Assembly (NCBI GenBank): GCA_913053845.1
Contig: CAJXGD010000005.1
Location: 2,239 to 66,238, forward strand
Length of the DNA: 64,000 nucleotides
Direction of reading: 5' to 3'
From: an uncultured bacterium
GTDB taxonomy: Bacteria; Bipolaricaulota; Bipolaricaulia; RBG-16-55-9; DRJF01
In this document: piece by piece, positions 54,964 to 63,607 of the stretch
Position numbering within the stretch: the first letter of the stretch is position 1
Layout of the letters: the number at the start of each line of letters is the position of its first letter
Made by a program: the position numbers and the translations under genes
Notes under the pieces: generated by a model
The model's input: only the letters and a program-made list of their open reading frames with translations
The model's database searches: none
What the model was told of the DNA's origin: nothing

Positions 54964-55959
54964 ATGGGACAAAGTGTGAGCAGGGAGGTCGATCTCATGC
55001 CATGTCTCTTCCGCGAGCAGGCGCTGGACGAGGCCGGCCGGGCGGTCTATCACTGCCGGGCGGGAGGAGACTTCGTGCTGGGAACCGTGGGAAGTTTGGC
55101 CGTCCAGCAGATCTGTGGGAGCTGTCTCGTGCCGGCGGAGTATGCGCCGGAGCGCCAGCCCTGTCTGTACCTGGTGCCGCTGCGGGTATTTGGGTCAGCA
55201 GGAACCCCAACCTTCCTGCTCTGCCGCTGGTTTTACCACAGTGGGCCGCGCAGCTGGGTGCACAGTGCTGAGCAGCAGTGTCCTTGTCCTCACTGGTTTC
55301 CCCATCCAGGGAGACAGCACTCGCCGGCGATCGAGGCGATGAACGCGGGGGTGATTCGGGACGCGCTGGCGCTCTACCGAGAAAGGGAGGCACTCCTCAG
55401 CGCGCTGGGCACCCCAGAGGGCGGTTGCCCGATCTGTCAGCGGGTGAGCTGCAAGTCAAGCTCGTTCCTGAACGGTTTGAGCGCTGCTGAGCGGACGCAC
55501 CTCTGCCAAGCGCACCGCGCTCAGCAGGGGAGTGCTCTGCGCCTACCCTCGCAAGAGGAGCAGTTGCAGCTTTTGGAGGAGGCAGAGCGTGCGCTGGAGC
55601 AACTGGCACAGCAATTGGCACAGCCTGGGCAGTTACCCAATCATCGGATAAATATACCCTTTTGGCTAAAGCGGCACCTGCGGCGTCGGCGGACGAGAGC
55701 TGAGCTGGGGGAGGCGATCTGCCCGGCCTGCACGCGGGAGACTGAATGGATCGCTCCGGCGATGAAGGAATTGATCGGCTTACTGCTGCGTGATCCGGCT
55801 GGACCTCGGCTCTATACGCACTCCGCCGGCCTGTGCGCCAACCATTTCGGTCAGCTGCTGGCGCAGGTAGGCCAACCGTGGCATGAACACCTACTCTCTC
55901 TGCAGCGGCAGGCGCTCGCGCAACAAAGGGCCAGGCTGGAGCAGCTGCAGCGCGGCTGA
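54964..55959 (+). CDS. Cys-rich protein with repeated CPxC…LCxxH modules
   Basis: CGSC, CPCPH, CPICQ…(21 aa)…LCQAH, and CPACT…(32 aa)…LCANH. 331 aa. Starts 5 nt after the previous stop. Confidence 0.5.
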   Translation: MGQSVSREVDLMPCLFREQALDEAGRAVYHCRAGGDFVLGTVGSLAVQQICGSCLVPAEYAPERQPCLYLVPLRVFGSAGTPTFLLCRWFYHSGPRSWVHSAEQQCPCPHWFPHPGRQHSPAIEAMNAGVIRDALALYREREALLSALGTPEGGCPICQRVSCKSSSFLNGLSAAERTHLCQAHRAQQGSALRLPSQEEQLQLLEEAERALEQLAQQLAQPGQLPNHRINIPFWLKRHLRRRRTRAELGEAICPACTRETEWIAPAMKELIGLLLRDPAGPRLYTHSAGLCANHFGQLLAQVGQPWHEHLLSLQRQALAQQRARLEQLQRG

Positions 55960-55969
55960 GGCACACATA

Positions 55970-56920
55970 ATGACCACACGAATCCTCTACAACTTGCTCC
56001 AAGTCGCGGTCGTGATGACCTTTGCCCCCCTGATGGCCGGTGTGCTGGCCAAACTCAAGGAGATGGTGCAGTCCAGGCGTGGGCCGAGCGTCTTCCAGCC
56101 CTACCGGGATCTGTGGAAGCTCTTCCACAAGGATGAGGTCATCCCTGAGGAGAGCTCCTGGATCTTTCGGGTGACGCCCTATATCGTGTTCGTCACACCC
56201 ATCTTTGTGACACTGCTCATCCCCGTGCTCACCAGCTACCCGCTCTTCTTCGCCTTTATGGGCGACATGCTCGGCGTGGGGTTCGTCTTGGCGCTGGGCG
56301 GGTTCTTCGCGGCACTGGCTGCGGTGGACACGGCCAACCCCTACGGCCCAATGGGAGCCAGTCGCACGCGCATGGTGAGCTTCTTGGCCGAGCCGGTCTT
56401 CATGATCGTCTTCTTCACCGTCTCCTTCGTGGCCGGCTCCACCATCCCCTACATCGTGCAGCAGAGCTGGGTGACCCCTCTCGCAAATTTCTTTGAGCCG
56501 GCGCACGTGCTGCTGCTGCTCGCGTTCTTCATGCTGATTACCGCCGAGACTGGGCGCATCCCCGTGGACAACCCCTCGGGCCACTTTGAGCTGGCTATGA
56601 TTGACGAGTCCAAAGGACTGGAGTATTCAGGTCAAGGCGCGGCACTGATGAAGTGGGGCGGTTGGATGAAGTTCTTCGTGTTGGTCTGCATCTATCTCAA
56701 CGTGCTGGTCACGCCCTGGGGCCTGGCGGGCGGCCAGGCAGCGGGCGAGGTATTTCTGGCAATCCCGCTGGTGCTGCTCAAGATATTGGCCTTCGTGCTC
56801 GTGCTGGTGGTGATCGAGTCGTCGCTGGCCAAGCTGCGTCTCTTTCGCATCAGCGAATTTCTCGGCGCGGCGTTTGTCACCGCAGTGGCGGCGATGATCG
56901 CCCAATTGTTCGCGCTCTAA
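55970..56920 (+). CDS. NuoH/HyfC(HycD)-like membrane subunit of an energy-converting hydrogenase-related complex
   Basis: MTTRILYNLLQVAVVMTFAPLMAGVLAKLKEMVQSRRGPSVFQPYRDLWKLF is the NuoH/HycD signature. Eight TM helices. Confidence 0.8.
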   Translation: MTTRILYNLLQVAVVMTFAPLMAGVLAKLKEMVQSRRGPSVFQPYRDLWKLFHKDEVIPEESSWIFRVTPYIVFVTPIFVTLLIPVLTSYPLFFAFMGDMLGVGFVLALGGFFAALAAVDTANPYGPMGASRTRMVSFLAEPVFMIVFFTVSFVAGSTIPYIVQQSWVTPLANFFEPAHVLLLLAFFMLITAETGRIPVDNPSGHFELAMIDESKGLEYSGQGAALMKWGGWMKFFVLVCIYLNVLVTPWGLAGGQAAGEVFLAIPLVLLKILAFVLVLVVIESSLAKLRLFRISEFLGAAFVTAVAAMIAQLFAL

Positions 56921-56938
56921 ACGGGAGGGAGTCACAAA

Positions 56939-57634
56939 ATGTCGCAAGGGTTCGAGCCGCTGTTGAGCGCACTGAATGCCCTGGCTGGAGGGCTCTTCCT
57001 GCTGTCGGCCTTCGGGATGGTGGCCACGCGCCAGGTGCTGGGATGTCTGCGCTTCTTCATCGCCCAGTCGCTGCTACTGGCCGCCAGCGCTTTTCTGCTA
57101 GGAGCCGCTCCTCTCTCGGCCCACCTGATCGCCGTGGGCCTGCTGACTATAATTACCAAGTCCTGGTTGTTGCCCTGGCTGCTGCGGCGCATGGTGCGCC
57201 AGGAGGTCTACACCCGGCGCGAGATCACCCAAGCGGTCAACATCCCCAGCTCGCTGCTCATCGCCTTGGGCCTGGTGCTGGGAGCCTATTTCCTGAGCGC
57301 TCCTTGGCTGCCGGCCGGGGCGGCTGCGGGTGCCGGTTTCGTAAGGATCAACCTGCCGATCGGCCTGGCCGGCCTGCTGCTGGGAGCTTACACCCTGGCG
57401 GTGCGTCGCGAGGCGCTGCCGCAGCTCTTGGGCCTGCTGGCCATGGAGAACGGGGCCTTCTTCGCCGGGATCGCTGTCGCGCCGGGGTTGTCGCTTATCG
57501 CCGAGCTGGCCGTGGCCTTCGACGTGCTCGTCTTGGCCTTTGTCCTGGGCGTGCTCACCCGCATGATCCATGAGCGAACCGGCAGCACCGAGGTCGGTCG
57601 GCTGGCCGCACTCAAGGAGGAGCCCTTCCGATGA
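56939..57634 (+). CDS. HyfE-like small membrane subunit
   Basis: 231 aa, about seven TM helices. Its position and size correspond to HyfE/MbhD-type subunits. Confidence 0.65.
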   Translation: MSQGFEPLLSALNALAGGLFLLSAFGMVATRQVLGCLRFFIAQSLLLAASAFLLGAAPLSAHLIAVGLLTIITKSWLLPWLLRRMVRQEVYTRREITQAVNIPSSLLIALGLVLGAYFLSAPWLPAGAAAGAGFVRINLPIGLAGLLLGAYTLAVRREALPQLLGLLAMENGAFFAGIAVAPGLSLIAELAVAFDVLVLAFVLGVLTRMIHERTGSTEVGRLAALKEEPFR

Positions 57635-59073
57635 TCCTGATCGCTATTCTAGCGCTGCCGCTGCTGGCGGCAGCAGTTTGCGGCCTGTCCGGCTCCGAGC
57701 GGTGGTCCCCGCGGGTGACGCTGCTGGCGGCGCTGGCGAACTTGCTGCTGGCCGGAGAGGTAGCGCTGCGGGCGGCCGGCGGAGAGACCATCGTCGCCTT
57801 GCCCCACTGGATCGCCGCCGACGGCCTGAGCGCCTTGATCGCGCTGCTGATCACCGCCGTGGGGACGAGCGCCGCGCTCTTCTCCTGGGGCTATATGGCA
57901 CACTCGACTCAAAAGCCACGGGCACTGCGACTCTACTACGTTAATTTCAACTTGTTCCTCTTTGCCATGCTGGCCGTTCCCCTGCTGGCCGAGCCCAATC
58001 TGGTCTGGATCGCCGTGGAGCTGACCACGCTCTTCTCGGTATTATTAGTCTCTTTCGCTGACACCCATGACGCCCTGGAGGCGGCCTGGAAGTACGCGGT
58101 GCTCACCTTGTCCGGGGCGGCGATCGCCCTCTTCGGCTTCTTGCTGCTCTTTTGGGCCTGGCAGACCGCCGGGGGCGGGCCGTATAGCTGGGCCACTCTG
58201 CGCGCCGCGGCCGGCGCTATGCCACCTCGGCTGCTGCAGGCGGCCTTCTTGCTCATCCTGGTGGGCTTTGGGGCCAAGGTGGGCCTGGTGCCACTGCACA
58301 CCTGGCTGCCCGATGCCCATAGCCAGGCCCCCACACCGGTCTGCGCTCTGCTCTCCGGCGTGGAGACCTCAGCAGTGCTCTACGTGATATTGCGCCTGTT
58401 GCCCCTGCTGGGCCCCGCCAGCCAAGGGCGTGCCTGGGCGCTGGCCTTCGGCCTGCTCTCGGCGGGCGTGGCCTCATTCTTGCTGCTGCGGGTGCGCGAC
58501 TATAAGCGACTTTTCGCCTTTTCTACTGTAGAACAGATGGGGATCGTGCTGGCCGCTGCCGGGCTGGGCTCCGGCGCGGCTAGCTATGCCGCCCTGCTCC
58601 AAATCGTAGCTCATGCGCTCGGCAAATCATTCTGCTTCTACGCCGCCGGCTCGGCGGCGCTCTTGAGCGGGACCACCGAGATCGCCGGGGTGCGCGGTCT
58701 GCTGCGCAGCTCGCCGCTCGGCGGTATCGCCCTGCTGCTGGGAGGTCTGACCATCGCCGGGGCGCCCCCCTTGGCGCTCTTTTTGAGCGAGTTTTCCATC
58801 CTGAAGGCCGGCCTGTCCGGCGGGCAATACCTGGCAGTAGCGCTGCTCACGCTGTTCATTGCAGTAGCTTTCTTCGGCATCTTACGCCACATACTGCCCA
58901 TGGTCTTCGGTAAGCCCCTGCCGCAATCTGTCAACAGGAAACTGCCCCGCAGTGTTGTGCTGACACTGCTGCTGGCCGCGCTGCCGCTCTTCGTGCTGGG
59001 GGTCTATCTCCCGGAGCAGCTTAGCGCGCTATTACGCGTTGCGGCCGCGGCTCTGACCCACTTGGCGAGGTGA
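57631..59073 (+). CDS. NuoN/NuoM/HyfF-like antiporter-type membrane subunit
   Basis: 480 aa with 14 TM helices. Contains the conserved TWLPDAHSQAPTPV motif (…LHTWLPDAHSQAPTPVCALLSG). Confidence 0.8.
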   Translation: MILIAILALPLLAAAVCGLSGSERWSPRVTLLAALANLLLAGEVALRAAGGETIVALPHWIAADGLSALIALLITAVGTSAALFSWGYMAHSTQKPRALRLYYVNFNLFLFAMLAVPLLAEPNLVWIAVELTTLFSVLLVSFADTHDALEAAWKYAVLTLSGAAIALFGFLLLFWAWQTAGGGPYSWATLRAAAGAMPPRLLQAAFLLILVGFGAKVGLVPLHTWLPDAHSQAPTPVCALLSGVETSAVLYVILRLLPLLGPASQGRAWALAFGLLSAGVASFLLLRVRDYKRLFAFSTVEQMGIVLAAAGLGSGAASYAALLQIVAHALGKSFCFYAAGSAALLSGTTEIAGVRGLLRSSPLGGIALLLGGLTIAGAPPLALFLSEFSILKAGLSGGQYLAVALLTLFIAVAFFGILRHILPMVFGKPLPQSVNRKLPRSVVLTLLLAALPLFVLGVYLPEQLSALLRVAAAALTHLAR

Positions 59074-59080
59074 TCGCATC

Positions 59081-60661
59081 ATGAAAGATATGCAAGCGCT
59101 CTGCGAGCAGGCCCGGCAGCTTTGGCCCAGCGAGGTCCAGGCTCTCAGGATCGACGAGGCCGGCCGGCTGGGCGAGCTGCGCTGCGCTCCCCAGACGCTG
59201 CCTGAGCTGGCGGACTGGTTGTTCAACGAGTTGAGCTATCAGTTTGCCGGGCTGATCGTCGAAGAGGCTGGGCGGCACTGGGAGCTGCGCTACCTATTTT
59301 ACGGTCAGGCCGGCCGGCTCTATCTCTTGAGCGAGCAACCCTTGGCCGAGAGGAGTTTTCCCAGCCTCAGCACCAGGGTGCATGCCGCCGACTGGCAGGA
59401 GCGTGAGGCCGAAGACCTGTTCGGATTGGTCTTCAGCGGCCATCCCCGTTTGGGAGATTTTGTTCTGCATGATGACCTCTGGCCGGAGGGACTGGAGCCC
59501 ATGCGCCGCTCATTCACCGGCACCCGGCCGGTGAGCGACCGCCAGGCGCGCACCGATTGGCGACCGAGACGGATCGTGCAGGCCCCAGGGGCGTTCGTCA
59601 TGCCCATTGGACCCATCTATGGGGGAGCCACCGAGTCGGCCCACTTCCTGCTGGAGACGGTCGGTGAAGAGGTGATTCGCGCCTTCCCACGGCTTTTCTA
59701 TCAATACCGTGGGGTCGAAAAACGCGCCGAGGGTGCGCCGTTCTCCCAGGGCTTGCTGCTGGCCGAGCGCTTCGCTGCCCGCAGTGCTTTCGCCCACGCG
59801 CTGGCCTACTCGCGCGCCATTGAGGCTTTGAGTGCGGTTGAGCTGCCCCCGCGCGCCCGGCAGTTGCGGGTCTTCTTCGCCGAGCTGGAGCGCTTCCGGC
59901 ATCACCTGGGCACCATTGAGGGGATCTGCACCTCGACCGGGCTGGCCGTGGCCGCCAGTCAAGCAGCCCTGCTGGAAGAGGAGGCGCTGAGGCTCTCCGG
60001 CGCGCTGGCGGGCCATCGTTATCTCTTCGGCCTGGCAGCGCCCGGCGGATTGGCCCACGATGTGCCGGCGGCGGCCTGCCGCGAGGCGGTCAGTCAGGCC
60101 CAGGCTATCCGGCGACGCGCGCAGGAGCTGCACCAGCGCCTGCGCCGCTCCTCCAGCTTCCTCGATCGCTTGGAGCAAGTGGGCCTCATCTCCCCGGAGC
60201 AGGCCCGCGATCATGGCCTGGTCGGCCCGGTGGCCCGCGCTTCGGGGCTCTCTCGCGATCTGCGGCAGGCACAGCCCTACTCCGGCTATCCATCGTGCTC
60301 ATTTAGAGTTCCCTGTGAGCGGGAAGGGGATGGCTACGCGCGACTGCGGGTCTTCTTCGCCGAGATTGATCAAGCGGTGGAGCTCATGGCTCAAGCGGCG
60401 CAAGATCTGCCGCGCGGCCCGGTCAGGGCAGAGTGCCGGCCGGCGGCAGGAGCGGCGCTGGGCTGGGTCGAGGCTCCGGTGGGTGCGGCCTTCCATTGGG
60501 TCCGTCTGGATGAGAGCGGCCGGATCATGCGCTATCGGCTGATGACGCCGTCCTTTGCCAACTGGCACGGCTTCCACCTGGCCGCCGAGGGCTTTGCCTT
60601 TCAGGATTTTCCGATTATCCTGGCCACCTTTGGGCTGTCGGTGGCCGAGAACGATCGTTAG
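59081..60661 (+). CDS. Fused NuoC-NuoD / HycE-like large subunit lacking the NiFe-binding cysteines
   Basis: The N-terminal roughly 170 aa are NuoC-like (…ELRYLFYG…RVHAADWQEREAEDLFG). The remainder is NuoD/HycE-like. The RxCGxCxxxH site reads GGATESAH. The C-terminal DPCxxCxxH/R site reads GLSVAENDR. Confidence 0.8.
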   Translation: MKDMQALCEQARQLWPSEVQALRIDEAGRLGELRCAPQTLPELADWLFNELSYQFAGLIVEEAGRHWELRYLFYGQAGRLYLLSEQPLAERSFPSLSTRVHAADWQEREAEDLFGLVFSGHPRLGDFVLHDDLWPEGLEPMRRSFTGTRPVSDRQARTDWRPRRIVQAPGAFVMPIGPIYGGATESAHFLLETVGEEVIRAFPRLFYQYRGVEKRAEGAPFSQGLLLAERFAARSAFAHALAYSRAIEALSAVELPPRARQLRVFFAELERFRHHLGTIEGICTSTGLAVAASQAALLEEEALRLSGALAGHRYLFGLAAPGGLAHDVPAAACREAVSQAQAIRRRAQELHQRLRRSSSFLDRLEQVGLISPEQARDHGLVGPVARASGLSRDLRQAQPYSGYPSCSFRVPCEREGDGYARLRVFFAEIDQAVELMAQAAQDLPRGPVRAECRPAAGAALGWVEAPVGAAFHWVRLDESGRIMRYRLMTPSFANWHGFHLAAEGFAFQDFPIILATFGLSVAENDR

Positions 60662-60677
60662 TCGGAGAGGAGGAATA

Positions 60678-61448
60678 ATGAGCGAATGGGTCTTGCAAGG
60701 TCTGCGCACCGGGATCAAAACCACGCACTATCCCGACGCCAGAGAGCGCGCGCCGGGCGTCTCACCCGGTCGGCCGGTCGGGGGCAGTTATCCCGCAGAT
60801 CAAGCTGAAGCGCTGCTGGCCCGCTGTCCCACCGGCGCGCTGCGCTATCAGGATGGGCAGGTGATCATTGACTATCGGCGTTGCGTGCATTGCTTCCGCT
60901 GCGCTCGGGAGCTGAAAACGCCCCTCACCTGGGAGATGGATTACGAGTGGGCTGGGGCCAATACGCCAGGATTGACCGGGCCTTTCGGCCGCTCGGTGCA
61001 TATTCTGGTAGTGGACACCGGGGACTGCGGTGCCTGCCTCAATGAGGTGAAGCAGCTCAATAACCCATACTACAACATGCACCGATTGGGCTTCTTCATC
61101 ACGCCCACCCCCCGACAGGCGGACATTCTGCTCGTCGTCGGAGCGCTGAGCGCTCCGATGCGCGAGCCGCTCCTACAAGCCTACCAGGCGATGCCCGACC
61201 CCAAGCGGGTGGTGGCCGTGGGAGCCTGCGCCCTGTCAGGCAGCCTATTTGGGCCCAGCTTCGCCTGCGGCACGGGCGTGAGCGAGCTGCTCCCGGTGGC
61301 GGTAGAGGTGCCGGGCCAGCCGCCGCCGCCGCTGGCCATCCTGCACGGCCTGCTGGTCGCTGTGGGACGCCGGCCGGCCGTCCCGCTCAGCTCACCGAAC
61401 TTGCCTATGCCCATACCTGTAATAGAGGAAGTGCACAGCCGGCCATGA
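60678..61448 (+). CDS. Single-cluster ferredoxin-like module fused to a NuoB/HycG-like small subunit
   Basis: ATG 60678 after a GGAGAGGAGG RBS. N-terminus CPTGAL…RRCVHCFRCA (one 4Fe-4S binding motif). Then DTGDCGAC…AVGACALSG…FACGTG (NuoB-type cluster ligands). Confidence 0.75.
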   Translation: MSEWVLQGLRTGIKTTHYPDARERAPGVSPGRPVGGSYPADQAEALLARCPTGALRYQDGQVIIDYRRCVHCFRCARELKTPLTWEMDYEWAGANTPGLTGPFGRSVHILVVDTGDCGACLNEVKQLNNPYYNMHRLGFFITPTPRQADILLVVGALSAPMREPLLQAYQAMPDPKRVVAVGACALSGSLFGPSFACGTGVSELLPVAVEVPGQPPPPLAILHGLLVAVGRRPAVPLSSPNLPMPIPVIEEVHSRP

Positions 61449-63589
61449 CCCTTGCCACCTTGATCGGGATCTTTTTCGCCCTCTGCGGCGCCGGCCTGCT
61501 GGCTACCCTGGCGCTCCCGGAGCGTCAGGCGCCGCGCGTGCTGGCCTGGAGCGGGGCGCTGGCTTCGTTCTTTATCCTCTGGGCTGGCGCGGCTGCCCTG
61601 CTGGGCGGAGAGAGTTTCCGGCTCTCACTCTGGACGCTGCCCCTGCTGGGACGATTGAGCTTGGGTCTGGACCGGATGGGAGGGCTCTTCCTGCTGATCG
61701 GTGGGCTGGTGACGCTGCCCGTCTCCGTCTTCTCCCTGGGCTACTTGCAGCGCTATCAGGGCAAGTATAACCTGCGCGCTTTCGGGCTGCTCTATCTGGC
61801 GCTGCTGGCCTCACTGGCGCTGATCCCCTTGGCCGCGGACGCCTTCACCTTCCTGATCGCCTGGGAGGCGATGTCGCTGCTCAGCTTCTTCTTGGTCGCC
61901 TTCGAGCATGAGCGCCAGAGAGCGGTCCAAGCGGGCTATCTGATGCTGGCCGTAGGTGAGCTGGGCACGCTGGCCGTCGCCTTGGCCTTCCTGCTGCTGG
62001 CAGGCGCCGCCGGAGGGCTAGATTTTCCCGCGCTGCGAGCGTCGTCCGTCGGGCTGGGCGCGACCATGCGCTGGACCATCTTCCTGCTCTCGTTCTTCGG
62101 ATTTGGGGTCAAAGCCGGACTGGTGCCGGTCAACTTCTGGCTGCCGCGCGCCCACCCGGAGGCCCCGGGCAACGTCTCCGCGCTGCTCTCCGCCGTGATC
62201 CTCAACCTGGGTATCTACGGCATCTTGCGCTTCAATGGTGATCTCTTGCCGATCAACTCAGTCGGGCCGGGCCTGGTCGTCCTGGCGATCGGTGTGCTCT
62301 CCGCGCTGGTGGGCATTCTCTATGCCACCATCGAGAACGATCTGAAAACTCTGTTGGCCCACAGCTCGATCGAGAACATGGGCATCATCACCGCCAGCCT
62401 GGGCGCGGGGTTTATTTTCACCGCTACCGGCCATCCGGTGCCGGCGGCCATCGCCTTCTTAGCGGCTCTCTATCATTTGGTCAATCATTCGGTCTATAAG
62501 GCGTTGCTCTTTCTGGGGGCCGGGACGCTCGATGCCCAACTGGGCACCCGTGATCTCGACCGTTTGGGCGGCCTGCTGAAGCGTATGCCGTGGCTGGGGC
62601 TGTTCATGCTGATCGGGGCCTTGTCCATCGCCGGGCTGCCACCGCTGGGCGGCTTCGTCAGCGAGTGGTTGAGCTTACAGGTGATGCTGCGCAGCGTCGA
62701 GCTGGCCTCCGTAGGGATCAAAGTCGCCTTCGCCTTGGCCGGGGTGGGACTGGCGCTCACCCTGGCGCTGGCGGTCACCTGCTTTGTGAAGACTTTTGCG
62801 ATGGGCTTCTTAGGCTTGGCACGCTCTGAGGTAGCCGAAGCAGCACGGGAGGGGCCGCGCTCGGCGCTGATCCCTCTGGGCTTTCTGGCCGGTCTCTGCC
62901 TGCTGTTGGGACTGGGGGCCACCTACGTCATTCCGGCGCTGGACGGTGTCGTCAGGCCCTTAGCGGGGACCAGCGCAGCCGCAGCCTTGGTGCCACCGTT
63001 CTTCGCCACCCATCCCAAGCAGGCTGAGCTGCCACCGGCCTTCGCCGCCGATTTTCATGATTTGGGCGCTCAACTGGGCAAGAATTTTCTGCCGGGGCGA
63101 GGGCTGGTAGTGCTGCATCGCGGTGGAGCGAAGAACCCGGTAATATTCGCCATGTCCACCGCCTACACTTTTGTGGTGCTCCTGCTGCTGCTGCTCGTCG
63201 TCTATCTGGCTGTGCACTGGGGTCCGGCCTGGCGGCGTCAGGTGACCTACCAGCCGCGCTGGGCAGGGGGGCTGAAAAAGCTCTTGCCGGAGATGACCTA
63301 TACCGCCACGGGCTTTGCCAATCCGGTGCGCGTGATCTTTGAGGCGATCTTCCGGCCCACGGTCGTCGAGAACACCCAAGACGCGGCGCGAGAGCACTTT
63401 CGCACGCTGATCCGGCGGGAGCACCGGCAAGTCCATCTGATCGACCGATTGGTGCTGAAGCCGATCGCCTGGGGTGCTTTGGCCATCGCGGACGGCCTGG
63501 CGCGGATGCATCATGGGCGGATCAACGCCTACGCCGGCTATGGGCTCCTGGTGTTGCTGATCGTCTTGATTCTGGCCCGACTGCTCTAG
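61445..63589 (+). CDS. NuoL/HyfB-like antiporter-type membrane subunit with a long C-terminal extension
   Basis: 714 aa. NFWLPRAHPEAP motif. Sixteen or more TM helices. Start overlaps the previous stop (ATGA). Confidence 0.8.
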   Translation: MTLATLIGIFFALCGAGLLATLALPERQAPRVLAWSGALASFFILWAGAAALLGGESFRLSLWTLPLLGRLSLGLDRMGGLFLLIGGLVTLPVSVFSLGYLQRYQGKYNLRAFGLLYLALLASLALIPLAADAFTFLIAWEAMSLLSFFLVAFEHERQRAVQAGYLMLAVGELGTLAVALAFLLLAGAAGGLDFPALRASSVGLGATMRWTIFLLSFFGFGVKAGLVPVNFWLPRAHPEAPGNVSALLSAVILNLGIYGILRFNGDLLPINSVGPGLVVLAIGVLSALVGILYATIENDLKTLLAHSSIENMGIITASLGAGFIFTATGHPVPAAIAFLAALYHLVNHSVYKALLFLGAGTLDAQLGTRDLDRLGGLLKRMPWLGLFMLIGALSIAGLPPLGGFVSEWLSLQVMLRSVELASVGIKVAFALAGVGLALTLALAVTCFVKTFAMGFLGLARSEVAEAAREGPRSALIPLGFLAGLCLLLGLGATYVIPALDGVVRPLAGTSAAAALVPPFFATHPKQAELPPAFAADFHDLGAQLGKNFLPGRGLVVLHRGGAKNPVIFAMSTAYTFVVLLLLLLVVYLAVHWGPAWRRQVTYQPRWAGGLKKLLPEMTYTATGFANPVRVIFEAIFRPTVVENTQDAAREHFRTLIRREHRQVHLIDRLVLKPIAWGALAIADGLARMHHGRINAYAGYGLLVLLIVLILARLL

Positions 63590-63607
63590 GGCGACGAAGG
63601 GAGGACT

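Noticed and set aside
56653-57573. 306-aa ORF in another frame across the hyfC/hyfE region, and similar long ORFs (55397-56584, 57936-58334)
   Set aside because: Alternative-frame ORFs inside membrane-subunit genes. Arg/Gly/Pro-rich translations typical of GC-rich off-frames.
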